The notes: generated from the sequence alone by a model not told the origin. Shown: positions 52,198 to 61,874, counted from the first letter of the stretch. The stretch: DNA of 64,000 bases from a virus (IMGVR_UViG_2698536598_000002:2385-66384); one strand, 5' to 3'. Numbers and translations: made by a program.

Positions 52198-52614
52198 TCA
52201 GCGGCGGCGTGGCGGCCCGTAAGGGGATTGCCAGGCGGGGCGGTCCGGGCGGCGGGCGGGCTTGCCGTCGGCGTCGACGAGACCAGCGTCCCGAACTGCC
52301 TGGCTGGCCGCAGCAAGGGCACGCCCGAGTTCCTCGATCCGTGGGCGCACGGCCTCGGCGTAGGCATGGAAGAACCTGACGATGGACTCCTGTGCTTCGC
52401 GGAGGCGGGCCGCTGTGGCAGCAGGATCCGCCGTGATCTCGATGGAGGCGACTCCGGGGACTTCCTGCCATTCACCGTCCTCGCTCATGATCTCCAGTCG
52501 CGTGGCGGGCTGGCTGTCGGCGGGGAGCGGGGCGCTGCGCATGGCGTCGTCGCTGACGGTGTAGTCGTTCAGGGCGCTGTCGATCTGGTCGAGGACGTGG
52601 TCGGCGGTGCTCAC
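52198..52614 (-). CDS. Hypothetical protein
   Basis: 138 aa, coupled. Confidence 0.65.
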   Translation of the reverse strand: MSTADHVLDQIDSALNDYTVSDDAMRSAPLPADSQPATRLEIMSEDGEWQEVPGVASIEITADPAATAARLREAQESIVRFFHAYAEAVRPRIEELGRALAAASQAVRDAGLVDADGKPARRPDRPAWQSPYGPPRRR

Positions 52615-52760
52615 GGTCGACGCTCCTTCGGCAGGCTGCTGGTTTTCATGATGGCCTTACAGGCGAGGGCGTCGGCTTTGGTGCCGAGGCTGGTCAGTTC
52701 GGTGACGCGGAGGCCGTCGCAGTCGGGGCACAGGTCGACTTGGTGGATGTGATCGGTCAT
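52611..52760 (-). CDS. Small CxxC protein
   Basis: CPDCDG. Confidence 0.55.
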   Translation of the reverse strand: MTDHIHQVDLCPDCDGLRVTELTSLGTKADALACKAIMKTSSLPKERRP

Positions 52761-53269
52761 CACTCGCCTGCCTTCTGGAGTGGCCAGCGGCGGTCTGCGG
52801 CCCGGCATTCGGCGACGGTGGGCCCGTCGTTGTGGGCGGCCGACCCCCCGGTCTGATGACACGGGCACTCACACGGGGCATGGCAGAACTTGCACTCCCC
52901 CGGCCGTTTGCTGCCGTTGAGGCCGGTCATCGACTGGCAGTAGGCGTGATCACCGTGCCAGCAGCCGGTGGACAGATACTGGTGCGCGCGCTGCTTGAGG
53001 GCACCTTTGGCCGCGTTTGTGTCGTCGGGTGCTACGGCGGGTGTGAGGCAGCCGATGGGCGGGTCAGGTGTGTAGGCGCCGGCGAGATCTTCGGCTTCGG
53101 CCGCTCCGGTCGTGGCCGGTGTGGCGGGTGCGGGCTCGGCGAGGGCGCGGAGGGCAGCGAGTTCGTCGATGGCGGCCCGGAGTAGGGCGACTTCGGCGGG
53201 TTGGAGGGCGCCTCGGTCGGCCCTGTCGGCGAGATTGCGGAGCTGGTCGACGGTGGGCGGCCGGGTCAC
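52760..53269 (-). CDS. Hypothetical protein with Cys/His cluster
   Basis: HQYLSTGCWHGDHAYC...CKFCHAPCECPCH. Confidence 0.7.
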   Translation of the reverse strand: MTRPPTVDQLRNLADRADRGALQPAEVALLRAAIDELAALRALAEPAPATPATTGAAEAEDLAGAYTPDPPIGCLTPAVAPDDTNAAKGALKQRAHQYLSTGCWHGDHAYCQSMTGLNGSKRPGECKFCHAPCECPCHQTGGSAAHNDGPTVAECRAADRRWPLQKAGE

Positions 53270-53421
53270 AGGTAGCTCCCTGCGGGTTCGATGGTGGTCA
53301 TCGTGTACAGCCGGGGTGTCGGCACGCCTTGGTATTTGAGGTCGTGGAGGTGGAGGTCGGGGTCCTGGTCGTGGGCGTCGAGCCAGTCGTCGGTGTGGGG
53401 GTCGTCGGCGGGTTGGGTCAC
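53266..53421 (-). CDS. 51-aa acidic micro-ORF (not in ORF track)
   Basis: GTGA overlaps at both ends; MTQPADDPHTDDWLDAHD... Confidence 0.55.
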   Translation of the reverse strand: MTQPADDPHTDDWLDAHDQDPDLHLHDLKYQGVPTPRLYTMTTIEPAGSYL

Positions 53422-53636
53422 GGCTGTTCCTCGGGTGCCGGGCACTGCACGGGCGGGGCGGGCGTGCCGTTGACGATGGCGATCACCTCGCGGGCGTAGG
53501 CCAGGTAGTCAGCGCGGAACTTCGGGAGGCGGCTGTTCCACCATTCGTCGTCGGCGGCTTCGCCATCGACGAGGTAGTCGGTTGCGGCGAGGTGGCGGGC
53601 GAGGCGCTCCTCGACGGCGGTGTCGCGGCGGGTCAC
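53418..53636 (-). CDS. Hypothetical protein (paralogue of 54750 N-terminus)
   Basis: VEERLARHLAA...FRADYL..AREVIA. Confidence 0.7.
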   Translation of the reverse strand: MTRRDTAVEERLARHLAATDYLVDGEAADDEWWNSRLPKFRADYLAYAREVIAIVNGTPAPPVQCPAPEEQP

Positions 53637-53638
53637 GA

Positions 53639-53848
53639 TCAGGCCTCCTTCGGCTGTGCTTCGTCGGCCCGGATCAGCCGGTGCGCGTTTCCTCGGGCGG
53701 CGGCGAAAGCGAACTCGTCTGGGGTCAGGGTTTCTTCGCCTTCGGGGAGGTAGAGGGATCCGTCTTCGTGCACGAGGACGATGCAGGTGGTGGCGTTCCT
53801 GGGGGAGATCACTTCGTACCAGCCGGGGCCGGAGTTGACGTCGGTCAT
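53639..53848 (-). CDS. Hypothetical protein
   Basis: 69 aa; AAGGAG RBS. Confidence 0.65.
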   Translation of the reverse strand: MTDVNSGPGWYEVISPRNATTCIVLVHEDGSLYLPEGEETLTPDEFAFAAARGNAHRLIRADEAQPKEA

Positions 53849-53936
53849 GCGGTGCTCCTTCGTGGCCCTGTGTGGGCCGTGTGCGGTCTGGCGGGCTCGG
53901 TGTGGGGTTCGGGTGGGTCGGGGTGCTGCGGGGCCG

Positions 53937-54188
53937 TCAGGCGGCCTGTGTCGTCTCGCTGGTGCCGAACCGGAGGTCTTGGCCGGGCGCCTGCCAGCAG
54001 GGGCCCCACGGCTGCTCGACGGCGATGAGTCCGACGGTGGCGGGGTCGACGCAGCGCCGGTCTATGCCGGGCTTGCCGATGCGGTGCTTCTCGGCGGCTG
54101 AGTCGGAGTTGAACGTGAGGTGGCAGGCGGGGCAGTGGGCGCGGCGGAGGCCGGTCCAGGTCTTGCCGCATTCACCGTGGGTGATCAT
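53937..54188 (-). CDS. Zn-binding protein (FDXHR-like)
   Basis: HGECGKTW.G...AHC..CH.TF......KHR. Confidence 0.75.
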   Translation of the reverse strand: MITHGECGKTWTGLRRAHCPACHLTFNSDSAAEKHRIGKPGIDRRCVDPATVGLIAVEQPWGPCWQAPGQDLRFGTSETTQAA

Positions 54189-54348
54189 GGGTTTCTCCTC
54201 GGGTCTGGATTCGGGGCTAGGGCTGGCGCTCCGGGGGTCGGATGTCGCTCCGGAGCGCCGGTGGGGGGTTAGGCCGTCTACGGCTCGCTATGAGTGCGGG
54301 AAACGGCAAGTTCTCGGAAGGGGCTAGGTGCCGGTCGCGTGGAAGCCG

Positions 54349-54585
54349 TCACTCGGTCGTCTCCACCCAGAACTCGATGACGATCTGGTCGTCCCGGCAG
54401 TGGAACCGCAGCGCGTCGTCCGGCATCCGCCCGCCCTCCGCGATGCCGTGGGCTTCCCGGTACGCCCGGCAGGCCATCGCTGCGGCCGTGTTGATGTCGC
54501 CGATGCACGCGCCGCCGGGGTTGGGGGCGGGGACGATCCAGCGGCGGATGCGGCGGGTGAAGTCCTCCGTCGTGTACGCGGCCAC
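54349..54585 (-). CDS. Hypothetical protein
   Basis: 78 aa. Confidence 0.65.
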   Translation of the reverse strand: MAAYTTEDFTRRIRRWIVPAPNPGGACIGDINTAAAMACRAYREAHGIAEGGRMPDDALRFHCRDDQIVIEFWVETTE

Positions 54586-54588
54586 GGC

Positions 54589-54753
54589 TCAGGCCTCCCG
54601 GTCGAGGTCGCGCTGTTCATCCTCGGCGCGGAGTGCGGCGAGGAAGTACGGGTCGGTCATGTCCTGTCCGGCGTCGGCAAGGGCGGCGTCGGTCTCGTAC
54701 TCGGCGGCGATCGTCTCGCTGGAGAAGCCGCATGCATTCAGGTCGCGGTTCAC
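54589..54753 (-). CDS. Small acidic protein
   Basis: GTGA overlap. Confidence 0.55.
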   Translation of the reverse strand: MNRDLNACGFSSETIAAEYETDAALADAGQDMTDPYFLAALRAEDEQRDLDREA

Positions 54754-55661
54754 AGGGCCTCGAACTCCTTGCAGACGAGGTTGTCGGTGCTGTCGGGGGC
54801 GCACTCGTCGCAGAGCAGGCGCCCGCTCACGGTCACGTGCTGGCCCTTGGTGTGGCCGCACACGCATCGCGTCTCGGTGTCCTTGCCGGGCTGCGCCTCA
54901 ACAGCCGGGCGGCGAGCGGGCAGGTACTCGCACGGGCATCCGTCCACGCAGCCGTACACGCTGTGCTCGTCAGCAGGGTGGGTGCAGCGGCAGGCGCCAG
55001 GGCAGCGGACGGGGGTCATGCCGGGCTGCGGCTCCCAGCGGTGCGGGCCGTGCGGCTGGCGCATGACGGCCAAGCTGCATCGGACCGTCTGGTGCGTCTC
55101 GGCTGGTGGTGTCTCGGCGGCCACCCGATCCACGACGGCAGACTCGACGGCGATGTGGCGCAGCCCAAGGACCATGTCGCGGATCCTGGTCCAGTAGCGC
55201 GGGTCGGCGCTCGTGTCGGCGTTGTCGAGGAAGCCCTGGTAACGGTCGGCGGCCTCCAGTAGCACGGCGGCCCGGTCTGCGGGCGCGGGCAACACCCCGG
55301 CGAGTTCGGCCGCCACGGCCTCGTACAGCGGCCCCCAGTGACGCTCGTCGGAGTCCGTGCGCTGGATCGCCACGTTGACGCGGGACATGACGGCGGCGAA
55401 CTCGGGGGCGCAGCGGTGACACCACCCGTGGTACGCGCAGTGCTGGGTGGTGCGGCAGGGCGCGGCCCGGTCTGCGGCAGGCACAACAGCCGAAACGGCG
55501 CCCCGCACGAGCGCGATCACCTCGCGGGCGTCGGACAGGTAGTTGGCGCGGAACGAGGAGGTGGCGTTGTCCCAGCGGTCCTCGGTGGTGAGCCAATCCC
55601 GCGCGGCGAGGTGACGGGCGACGCGCTCCTCAACGGGCAGCGGCTCGGTGGTGTCGGTCAT
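54750..55661 (-). CDS. Modular hypothetical protein with Cys/His motifs
   Basis: ATG 55661; several C/H clusters. Confidence 0.7.
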   Translation of the reverse strand: MTDTTEPLPVEERVARHLAARDWLTTEDRWDNATSSFRANYLSDAREVIALVRGAVSAVVPAADRAAPCRTTQHCAYHGWCHRCAPEFAAVMSRVNVAIQRTDSDERHWGPLYEAVAAELAGVLPAPADRAAVLLEAADRYQGFLDNADTSADPRYWTRIRDMVLGLRHIAVESAVVDRVAAETPPAETHQTVRCSLAVMRQPHGPHRWEPQPGMTPVRCPGACRCTHPADEHSVYGCVDGCPCEYLPARRPAVEAQPGKDTETRCVCGHTKGQHVTVSGRLLCDECAPDSTDNLVCKEFEAL

Positions 55662-55716
55662 GGGTGCTCCTCGGTGGGTGCCGGCCGCCCCAAGGACGGC
55701 ACGGCGGGGCGGGCGG

Positions 55717-56112
55717 TCAGGCGACGAGGTACTGGCCCCAACGGCAGCCCGTGCACAACCAGGCCGGGCCTTCACGGAAGTCACTGCAGTGGTTCGCCTC
55801 GTACTCGACGGGGTCGCCGCACTCCGGGCAGGCGTCGGGCTTCCCGTCGGGCTCGTCGTCCGGCCCGTCGTCGTCGAGCTGCTCCGGGTCGTTGACCGGG
55901 TAGGCGTGGTCGATGCGGTAGCCGGCCGCCGTGTACTTCGGCAGCAGCTGCTCCTCGATGACTTGCCTGCCGCGGTCGTCGTGGTGGCCGTCGTCGGGGC
56001 CGCCGTCGACGCGGACGGTGTAGCCGTCGGTCCACAGGTCGATGCTGATGCGGTCGCCGGTGTCGTGGGTGAGGTTCCAGGTGTGCTGCACGTGGCCGTC
56101 GTCGGTGGTCAT
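55717..56112 (-). CDS. Acidic protein with C-terminal Zn ribbon
   Basis: CPECG...CTGC. Confidence 0.7.
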   Translation of the reverse strand: MTTDDGHVQHTWNLTHDTGDRISIDLWTDGYTVRVDGGPDDGHHDDRGRQVIEEQLLPKYTAAGYRIDHAYPVNDPEQLDDDGPDDEPDGKPDACPECGDPVEYEANHCSDFREGPAWLCTGCRWGQYLVA

Positions 56113-56192
56113 GGGCTGGCCTTTCGGGTGGGAGGGCTGGTTGGCTGTCGGCTGACCCCCGCCGGATTCCGCCCGGCGCGGGTCGCCTGCGT

Positions 56193-56465
56193 TCACGAGA
56201 CGGGCGCGGCGGCTGCGGCCAGGCACGCGGCGACGACCACGACCGTCGGGGTGTCGCCGGGGAACTCGACGGTCCAGCCGCCCACGCTGAGGAAGCTGTC
56301 GTTCGCCTCGTTCGACAGCGCCCAGACGGCGGCGTTCTTCCGCAGTAGGCCGGGCTCGCCGGTCCAGCCCGCGGCTTCGAGGGCTTCGGTGACGTCCTGT
56401 CGGTCGAACCATTCACCGGGCTCGGGCTGGCTGATGATCAGGTGAAGGCGGGGCGGACGGGTCAT
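56193..56465 (-). CDS. Hypothetical protein
   Basis: ATGA-coupled. Confidence 0.6.
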   Translation of the reverse strand: MTRPPRLHLIISQPEPGEWFDRQDVTEALEAAGWTGEPGLLRKNAAVWALSNEANDSFLSVGGWTVEFPGDTPTVVVVAACLAAAAAPVS

Positions 56466-56818
56466 GCGGTCAACTCGCCGAGAGCGCGCTTCTCCTCGCG
56501 CAGTCGCTCGATCGAGCCGCGCATCCGTTTCATCGCGGTCTCGTCCTCGCGGTGCCAGCGGATCAGCTTCTCGGTCTCGGTCTGCTGTTCGGCGAGGGCG
56601 GCGTTCAGGCGGCGGACTTCGGCGAGCAGGGCGGGCACGTCCTCGCGGGCGTAGGCAATGAACTCGCCGACGGGCTGGCCCCAGAAGCTGGCGAGGTGGT
56701 GGCCTTCGGAGTCGAGGACGTCGGCGTAGTCCTCCGAGACGGTCCACGGGCCGCTGGTGGCGGCGGTGGCGCGGGTCTCGATCTCGTCGAGCTGCTGGGT
56801 GGTGAGAGGGCTGGTCAT
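56462..56818 (-). CDS. Ead/Ea22-like phage protein
   Basis: LDEIE.RA.AAT.GPW...FIAYAREDVPALLAEVRRL. Confidence 0.7.
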   Translation of the reverse strand: MTSPLTTQQLDEIETRATAATSGPWTVSEDYADVLDSEGHHLASFWGQPVGEFIAYAREDVPALLAEVRRLNAALAEQQTETEKLIRWHREDETAMKRMRGSIERLREEKRALGELTA

Positions 56819-56891
56819 GGCTTCCTTACTCGCGGGTCAGGTCGTGTGGTTGGCGGGGGGTGGCGATGGGGTCGCGCGCGTTGGTGATCGG

Positions 56892-57131
56892 CTAGGCGGC
56901 GGGTTGCTGGCACTTCGGGCAGGCACACCGGCCGTGAGTGGGGGTTGGTCCGCTGGCGGCGGTGCCTATGGGCCAGGCGCCGCGGTGCGGGATGACGTAG
57001 TCGGGTTCTTCGGGGGCTACCGGTTCGGTGGGTGCCGGCTTCGGCGGAGGCGCTCCGGTGAGGGAGCGCAGGTAGCTTTCGAGGTCGCCGTCTTTCCGGA
57101 GGGCGGCGATGTCCTCCGGGCTGAGGCTCAC
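56892..57131 (-). CDS. Hypothetical protein
   Basis: 79 aa after dnaB. Confidence 0.65.
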   Translation of the reverse strand: MSLSPEDIAALRKDGDLESYLRSLTGAPPPKPAPTEPVAPEEPDYVIPHRGAWPIGTAASGPTPTHGRCACPKCQQPAA

Positions 57132-58492
57132 GTCTGCGCCATATCCACAAACCGGGCATAGTGCCCCTGGAACGCGCAGGTGATCGTTGCCGTCGGGCCC
57201 CCGCGGTGCTTGCCGACGATCAGGTCAGCCTCACCAGCCCGAGGGCTCTCCTTCTCGTAGGCGTCCTCGCGGTGCAGGAGGATCACGATGTCGGCGTCCT
57301 GCTCGATCGCCCCCGACTCACGCAGGTCGGAGACCATGGGCTTCTTCTCGGTGCGCTGCTCAGGCCCGCGATTGAGCTGGCACAGGATGATCACCGTGAT
57401 GCCGAACTCCTTGGCCAGCAGCTTCAGAGACCGCGACAAGTCGGCGATGGCCTGCTGCCGGTTCTCGGCCTTGCCAACCTGCATGAGCTGCAGGTAGTCG
57501 ATGACCACCAGCCGCAGCCCGATCGTCCGCACCAGATGCCGTACCTGGCCTCGCAGCATCGGCATCGACAGGATCGGTGAGTCGTTGACGTGCATCGGAG
57601 CGTCGCTGATGGCGGGGGCACGGCGAGCGGCGCGCGCCATGTCCTCGTCGGTGGCGACGCCCATCTTGAGGTGGTGGTGGGCGATGCGGGCTTCGGCGCA
57701 CAGGATCCGGTCGGAGAGTTCCGGCTTGCCCATCTCAAGGGACTCGATCAGCGTCGGGATCTTGTTCTTGATGGCTGCCGCGCGGGCGAAGTCCTGAGCC
57801 AGCGTGGTTTTGCCCATGGCCGGCCGAGCTCCGACGACGACGAGTTGGCCGGGGCTCCAGCCGCCGGCGAGGAGGGCGTCAAGGTCGACGAAGCCGGTGG
57901 GGATGCGGTCTTCGACCGTCGGCTCGGTGATGGCCCGGACGAGGGAGTCGCCGAGGAGCTCGCCGATCGTGGACAGTTCAGACTGCTCGCTGGTGCGGAC
58001 GACGCCGTCGAGGTCGGCCTGGATGGCGGCGATGTCGTCGTCGGGGTCGAAGGCGGCGGACCGGCCGCGGAGGATCGCGTTGTGCCCGTGTGCGATGAGG
58101 CGGGCAGCAACGGCAGCCCGTGTGATCTTCGCTCCGTACCAGGGTGCGGCACCCGCGTTGGCCACCAGGTACAGGTCGGCGAGCTGGCTCTCACTGGGCA
58201 GCGGGATCGGCAGGTAGCCGGAGGCGTTCCAGGCGGCGAGCTGACGGTGGACGGCCTGCCAGCGGATCTCGCCCTTGGTGAGGGTCTGACGGATCTCGTC
58301 GGTGGCGTGCCAGGTCCAGCGGAGCCAGTCGGTGGTGACGTCGGCGGGGTCGAACTCTGCGGCCATCTCGTCGATGAGTTCGGGGCGGCTCATCGCGGAG
58401 GCGACGACGACCTGTTCGGCGTCGAGGTCGGCGGGGCGGGCGGCCGGCTCGGACTGGTCGTCGAGCGGGGTCTCCCACATGTCGGTGGTCAC
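57128..58492 (-). CDS. dnaB: Replicative DNA helicase
   Basis: VGARPAMGKT, SLEMG, VIDYLQLM, LCQLNRGPEQR...P.VSDLRESGAIEQDADIV. Confidence 0.96.
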   Translation of the reverse strand: MTTDMWETPLDDQSEPAARPADLDAEQVVVASAMSRPELIDEMAAEFDPADVTTDWLRWTWHATDEIRQTLTKGEIRWQAVHRQLAAWNASGYLPIPLPSESQLADLYLVANAGAAPWYGAKITRAAVAARLIAHGHNAILRGRSAAFDPDDDIAAIQADLDGVVRTSEQSELSTIGELLGDSLVRAITEPTVEDRIPTGFVDLDALLAGGWSPGQLVVVGARPAMGKTTLAQDFARAAAIKNKIPTLIESLEMGKPELSDRILCAEARIAHHHLKMGVATDEDMARAARRAPAISDAPMHVNDSPILSMPMLRGQVRHLVRTIGLRLVVIDYLQLMQVGKAENRQQAIADLSRSLKLLAKEFGITVIILCQLNRGPEQRTEKKPMVSDLRESGAIEQDADIVILLHREDAYEKESPRAGEADLIVGKHRGGPTATITCAFQGHYARFVDMAQT

Positions 58493-58541
58493 GCGTCGGT
58501 CTCCTCAGGGGTTGCTTCGGGCTGGGGGGGTGGGGCTGTTG

Positions 58542-59156
58542 TTAGGCGGCGGCGCTTCGGCGGCGGTCGGCGCCTTGCAGGAGGACCACTCCGCCGCGGC
58601 ACATTTCGGCGAGGCGGGAGCGCACCCGGTCGCCGGTGACCTCGGCGAGCGTGGACGGCAGCACGTCGCAGGTGATGAGCACGGGTCGGCGGTTGATGTA
58701 CCGCTCGTCGAAGATTTCGAAGAGACGCTCCTGCGTCCACGGCGAGGGGCGGGCTGCGGCCAGGTCGTCGATGAACAGCAGGTCCACGCGCTGGAGATGC
58801 TTCACCAGAGCGCGGCCGGAGTTGTCGTGGGCGTCAGGTCGCAGGGCGTCGAACAGGGCGGTGGACCGGTAGCTGTCGACGACCGGGGATCCGCGGTAGT
58901 GGTCGCCGAACTGGTGGTGGACCCACTGGCGGGTGGCCTGCCAGGCGCTGTGGGTTTTCCCTGCGCCGATGGGGCCGGTGAGGAAGAGGCTGGGGCAGTC
59001 GGATCGGCCGGTGGCCCAGGCGGCGACGGGCGCCTCCAGTTCGATGACGGCCTGGTAGATGCCGGGGATCTTGGCGGTGAAGTTGGCGACGGCCGCGTCG
59101 CGTCGCTCGGCAATCCAGGACTGCCGGGCGGTGGGCTCATCAGAACTTGAGGGCAT
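58542..59156 (-). CDS. DnaC/IstB-like helicase loader
   Basis: GPIGAGKTH, LLFIDDLAA, IFDERY....P.LIT, RVRSRL. Confidence 0.9.
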   Translation of the reverse strand: MPSSSDEPTARQSWIAERRDAAVANFTAKIPGIYQAVIELEAPVAAWATGRSDCPSLFLTGPIGAGKTHSAWQATRQWVHHQFGDHYRGSPVVDSYRSTALFDALRPDAHDNSGRALVKHLQRVDLLFIDDLAAARPSPWTQERLFEIFDERYINRRPVLITCDVLPSTLAEVTGDRVRSRLAEMCRGGVVLLQGADRRRSAAA

Positions 59157-59955
59157 CGGTGATCTCCTCCTCGGGGATCTCTCGGGGTGCGGTGGACGGG
59201 CCGGTGTTCTGGCGGCGCGGCAGGGCCGGCGGCTCGTCCTCGTAGCGCTTCTGGTTCAGCCAGGTGGAGGCGTGGGGGATGAACTGCTGCTCGGTCTTGG
59301 CCGCCTGGTGGTAGTCGGCGTGCGTTTTGAGAGCAGCAAGAAGGGATGCGGGGTCGGCCCCGTCCTTGATCGCCTTGCCCCAGGCTTTGGCGGCTTCGCT
59401 CTTGCCGGCCTTGCGGGGGTAGAGGGTCCAGAACTCGTCGAAGTCGGGGCCAGGATCGTCGCGCGGGCTCGCCGCCGGAGGCGTCGAGGGTGACGTTCCC
59501 TGTTCCTTTCCCTGTTCCTTTCCCTGTTCCTTTCCTTTCCTTTCCGCCAGTGAGTCCTCAGTGCGTGCTCCGTGAGGAGTGGATGAGTCCTCATCTGCGC
59601 AGGTCGGGTCCAGGATTGGGCTCGCTGGAGGGGGCGGGAGCTTGCTCTCTGTCGGCCGGTTGATTTTCTGGTGCTCAGACCAGCTCCGAACGGAGAGGTA
59701 CCGCTTCCGATTGAGGGTGTAGCGAAGGATCAGTGAGGACTCACTGAGGGCTCCGAGATCCTCTTCGACGTGGGCCGCGGTGCGGTCGTCGAGCGGCCAG
59801 ATGGCCGCCTTGATGAGGCGGGCGTCGTCGACGCAGCGCCCCTCGTCGTCGACGTGGGTCCAGAGGCCGATGAAGGTCAGCCGCTGCTCGAAGGTGAGGT
59901 CGGCGATCGTCAGGGAGGTGAAGAAGTCAGGCTTGATGGACCGGATGCGCGGCAT
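59140..59955 (-). CDS. Phage replication initiator
   Basis: MPRIRSIKPDFF...WSEHQKINRP...FDEFW..YPRKAGK..A...W...FIPHASTWLNQKRYED. Confidence 0.88.
   Translation of the reverse strand: MPRIRSIKPDFFTSLTIADLTFEQRLTFIGLWTHVDDEGRCVDDARLIKAAIWPLDDRTAAHVEEDLGALSESSLILRYTLNRKRYLSVRSWSEHQKINRPTESKLPPPPASPILDPTCADEDSSTPHGARTEDSLAERKGKEQGKEQGKEQGTSPSTPPAASPRDDPGPDFDEFWTLYPRKAGKSEAAKAWGKAIKDGADPASLLAALKTHADYHQAAKTEQQFIPHASTWLNQKRYEDEPPALPRRQNTGPSTAPREIPEEEITDALKF
59496..59545. repeat. Three tandem 12-mers (TTCCCTGTTCCT) plus TTCC repeats in the initiator gene; candidate origin
   Basis: Units start at 59496, 59508, 59520; encodes KGKEQGKEQGKEQG. Confidence 0.75.
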
Positions 59956-60281
59956 CAGTGGCCTCCTCTCGCGCTGCGCTTGTTGAAGCTGGGGTGTTCG
60001 GTGCGGATGGCGAGGCGTTCTGCGTCGTGGGCCTGCCACGTGTTGGGGTGGATCTCGACGGAGACGTAGGCGGCGGCCGGCCACCATCTGGCCTGTCGTC
60101 GGTGCTTGGCCCACCGCTCGATGGGCTGGCCGGTGACGCCGACGTACAGCAGGGCCTTGCCGCGGTCGTAGAAGCGGTACAGGGCCGTGCGCGGCACCAG
60201 GCCGGGGTCTTCTTCCGGGCGGACGAGGTCGCGCGTCCGGGCTCCCGGGTTGAACTCCCTGAGCGGTGGGCTTGTCAGCAC
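59955..60281 (-). CDS. GIY-YIG nuclease family protein
   Basis: ALYRFYD...LLYVGVT...RW..H...AE..AI..E.P.FN. Confidence 0.85.
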   Translation of the reverse strand: MLTSPPLREFNPGARTRDLVRPEEDPGLVPRTALYRFYDRGKALLYVGVTGQPIERWAKHRRQARWWPAAAYVSVEIHPNTWQAHDAERLAIRTEHPSFNKRSARGGH

Positions 60282-60368
60282 GAGGGTTCTCTCTCTGGCT
60301 GTTGCGGGTGGATGAGGCCTGGCCGAGGGCGGCGGGTTAGGGTCCGGCGCGCGGCCGACAGAAGCCGG

Positions 60369-61874
60369 TCACGCGGCGGCGGCCGAGGTGCGGCTGAGGG
60401 CGTCGCGGACGCGGCCGCCGAGCCACTGGGCGACGTTGACGGACACGGCGTTTCCGGCCTGCATGGTCTGTTCGCCCTTGTTGCCGTGGACGATGTAGTG
60501 CTCCGGGAACCGCTGCGCGTACAGCTGCTCGCGCGGCTGGACCATCCGGTAGTGGCAGTCCTCCAGCGAGGGCGCAGGCCCGAGCAGCGCGGCCGAGTCG
60601 ACCGTGCCGAGCGTGTGCAGCGGCTCCCCGACCGACTTGGCCGTGGCGTTGCGGTACGGGATGACGAGCCAGTGATGCCGCCCCTGCCCCGTCACCGTGT
60701 CGACCGGCTCGGACACCGGGCGGGCTGTCGAGTGGTTCCGCAGGGTGACGATGAACGAGTCGTCGGCCTGCGGCGGCGTCACCAGCGCCTCAAAGCCCTT
60801 CGGGTTCGCCAGGCGGGTGCGCATCGGCTCGGCCGTGCTGGTCGCCGTGGTGTTCCACGTGCCGCCGCCCGGAACGAGCAGGGCGTCGCCGATCTTCACG
60901 GTGCGGGCGGCGAGCGGCGCCTGGTCGGCGGGGATCGCGCGCCCGTCGTGGCCGCCGTGGGTGACGGTGAGGATCATCCGCCGGTCGCCGAGCAGCTTCA
61001 GGCCGGCGTTGATGCGTTCCACCGTGGTCTTCGCGAGGGGCCGCAGGCCGTGCTCGGGGCGGTCGCCGATGCGGACGCCGAGGTTCGTCCAGTCGATGAT
61101 GCTGGCGGCGGGGCGCACGTAGGGCTCGACGACCGTGTGCCTGCACTTCGGCCCGTTGGGGCACCGGTAGACGTACTGCTGCCCGTACTTGCCGAGGCGG
61201 CGGCCCTCCTTCTTCCACGACTGGAACGCGGTGACCGTCTCCTCGCACACCGGGCACCACGCCTTCGGGCGGGGCTGCACGTCCGGCAGCGGGATGCCCT
61301 CGCGGGTGCAGACGATGTAGATGCGGTCCCGCCACTGCGGCGCCGGAGCGTTGCCGTCCTCGCCCGCGTGCGCCGAGGACAGGGACACGAATTGAACGTT
61401 GTAGCCGAGGGTCCGCATCCCGGAGAGCCAGACGTCGAACAGCTCCCAGTCGGCGGCCTCCATGACGTTCTCCACCAGGACGGCCTGGTAGCGGTGGACC
61501 TCGGTGGCGCGGATGACGTCCCAGAACGTGGCCCGGGTGCGGTCGAACGCGGCCTGCGGGACGTGCCCGAAGTCTTCGATGCCGAGCTGCCCGTGGCCCG
61601 CGTCGCTCTTGCGGGCCTTGCGGCGGCGCCCTCCGGCCGGGCTGAGCTCGGTGCAGATCGGGGAGGCCCACAGGATGTCGGTGGAGGGCAGGCGCCGCAT
61701 GTCGTAGTTGTTGACGTCGGCGCACAGGTGGTCGGCGTCGGTGTGGTTGGCGGCGTGGGTCTCGATGGCGCGGGCCCAGTGGTTCGCGGCCAGTTTCAGT
61801 TCGAGGCCTGCGGCGACGAGTCCGGTGGATGAGCCGCCGGCCCCGCAGAAGATGTCGGTGAAGGTGAGGCTCAT
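60369..61874 (-). CDS. DNA cytosine-C5 methyltransferase
   Basis: DIFCGAGG, WASPIC, VENV, PQWRDRIY, QAGNAV; start ATG 61874. Confidence 0.93.
   Translation of the reverse strand: MSLTFTDIFCGAGGSSTGLVAAGLELKLAANHWARAIETHAANHTDADHLCADVNNYDMRRLPSTDILWASPICTELSPAGGRRRKARKSDAGHGQLGIEDFGHVPQAAFDRTRATFWDVIRATEVHRYQAVLVENVMEAADWELFDVWLSGMRTLGYNVQFVSLSSAHAGEDGNAPAPQWRDRIYIVCTREGIPLPDVQPRPKAWCPVCEETVTAFQSWKKEGRRLGKYGQQYVYRCPNGPKCRHTVVEPYVRPAASIIDWTNLGVRIGDRPEHGLRPLAKTTVERINAGLKLLGDRRMILTVTHGGHDGRAIPADQAPLAARTVKIGDALLVPGGGTWNTTATSTAEPMRTRLANPKGFEALVTPPQADDSFIVTLRNHSTARPVSEPVDTVTGQGRHHWLVIPYRNATAKSVGEPLHTLGTVDSAALLGPAPSLEDCHYRMVQPREQLYAQRFPEHYIVHGNKGEQTMQAGNAVSVNVAQWLGGRVRDALSRTSAAAA

Noticed and set aside
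59958-61832. 624-aa plus-strand ORF
   Set aside because: Antisense shadow of the methyltransferase.
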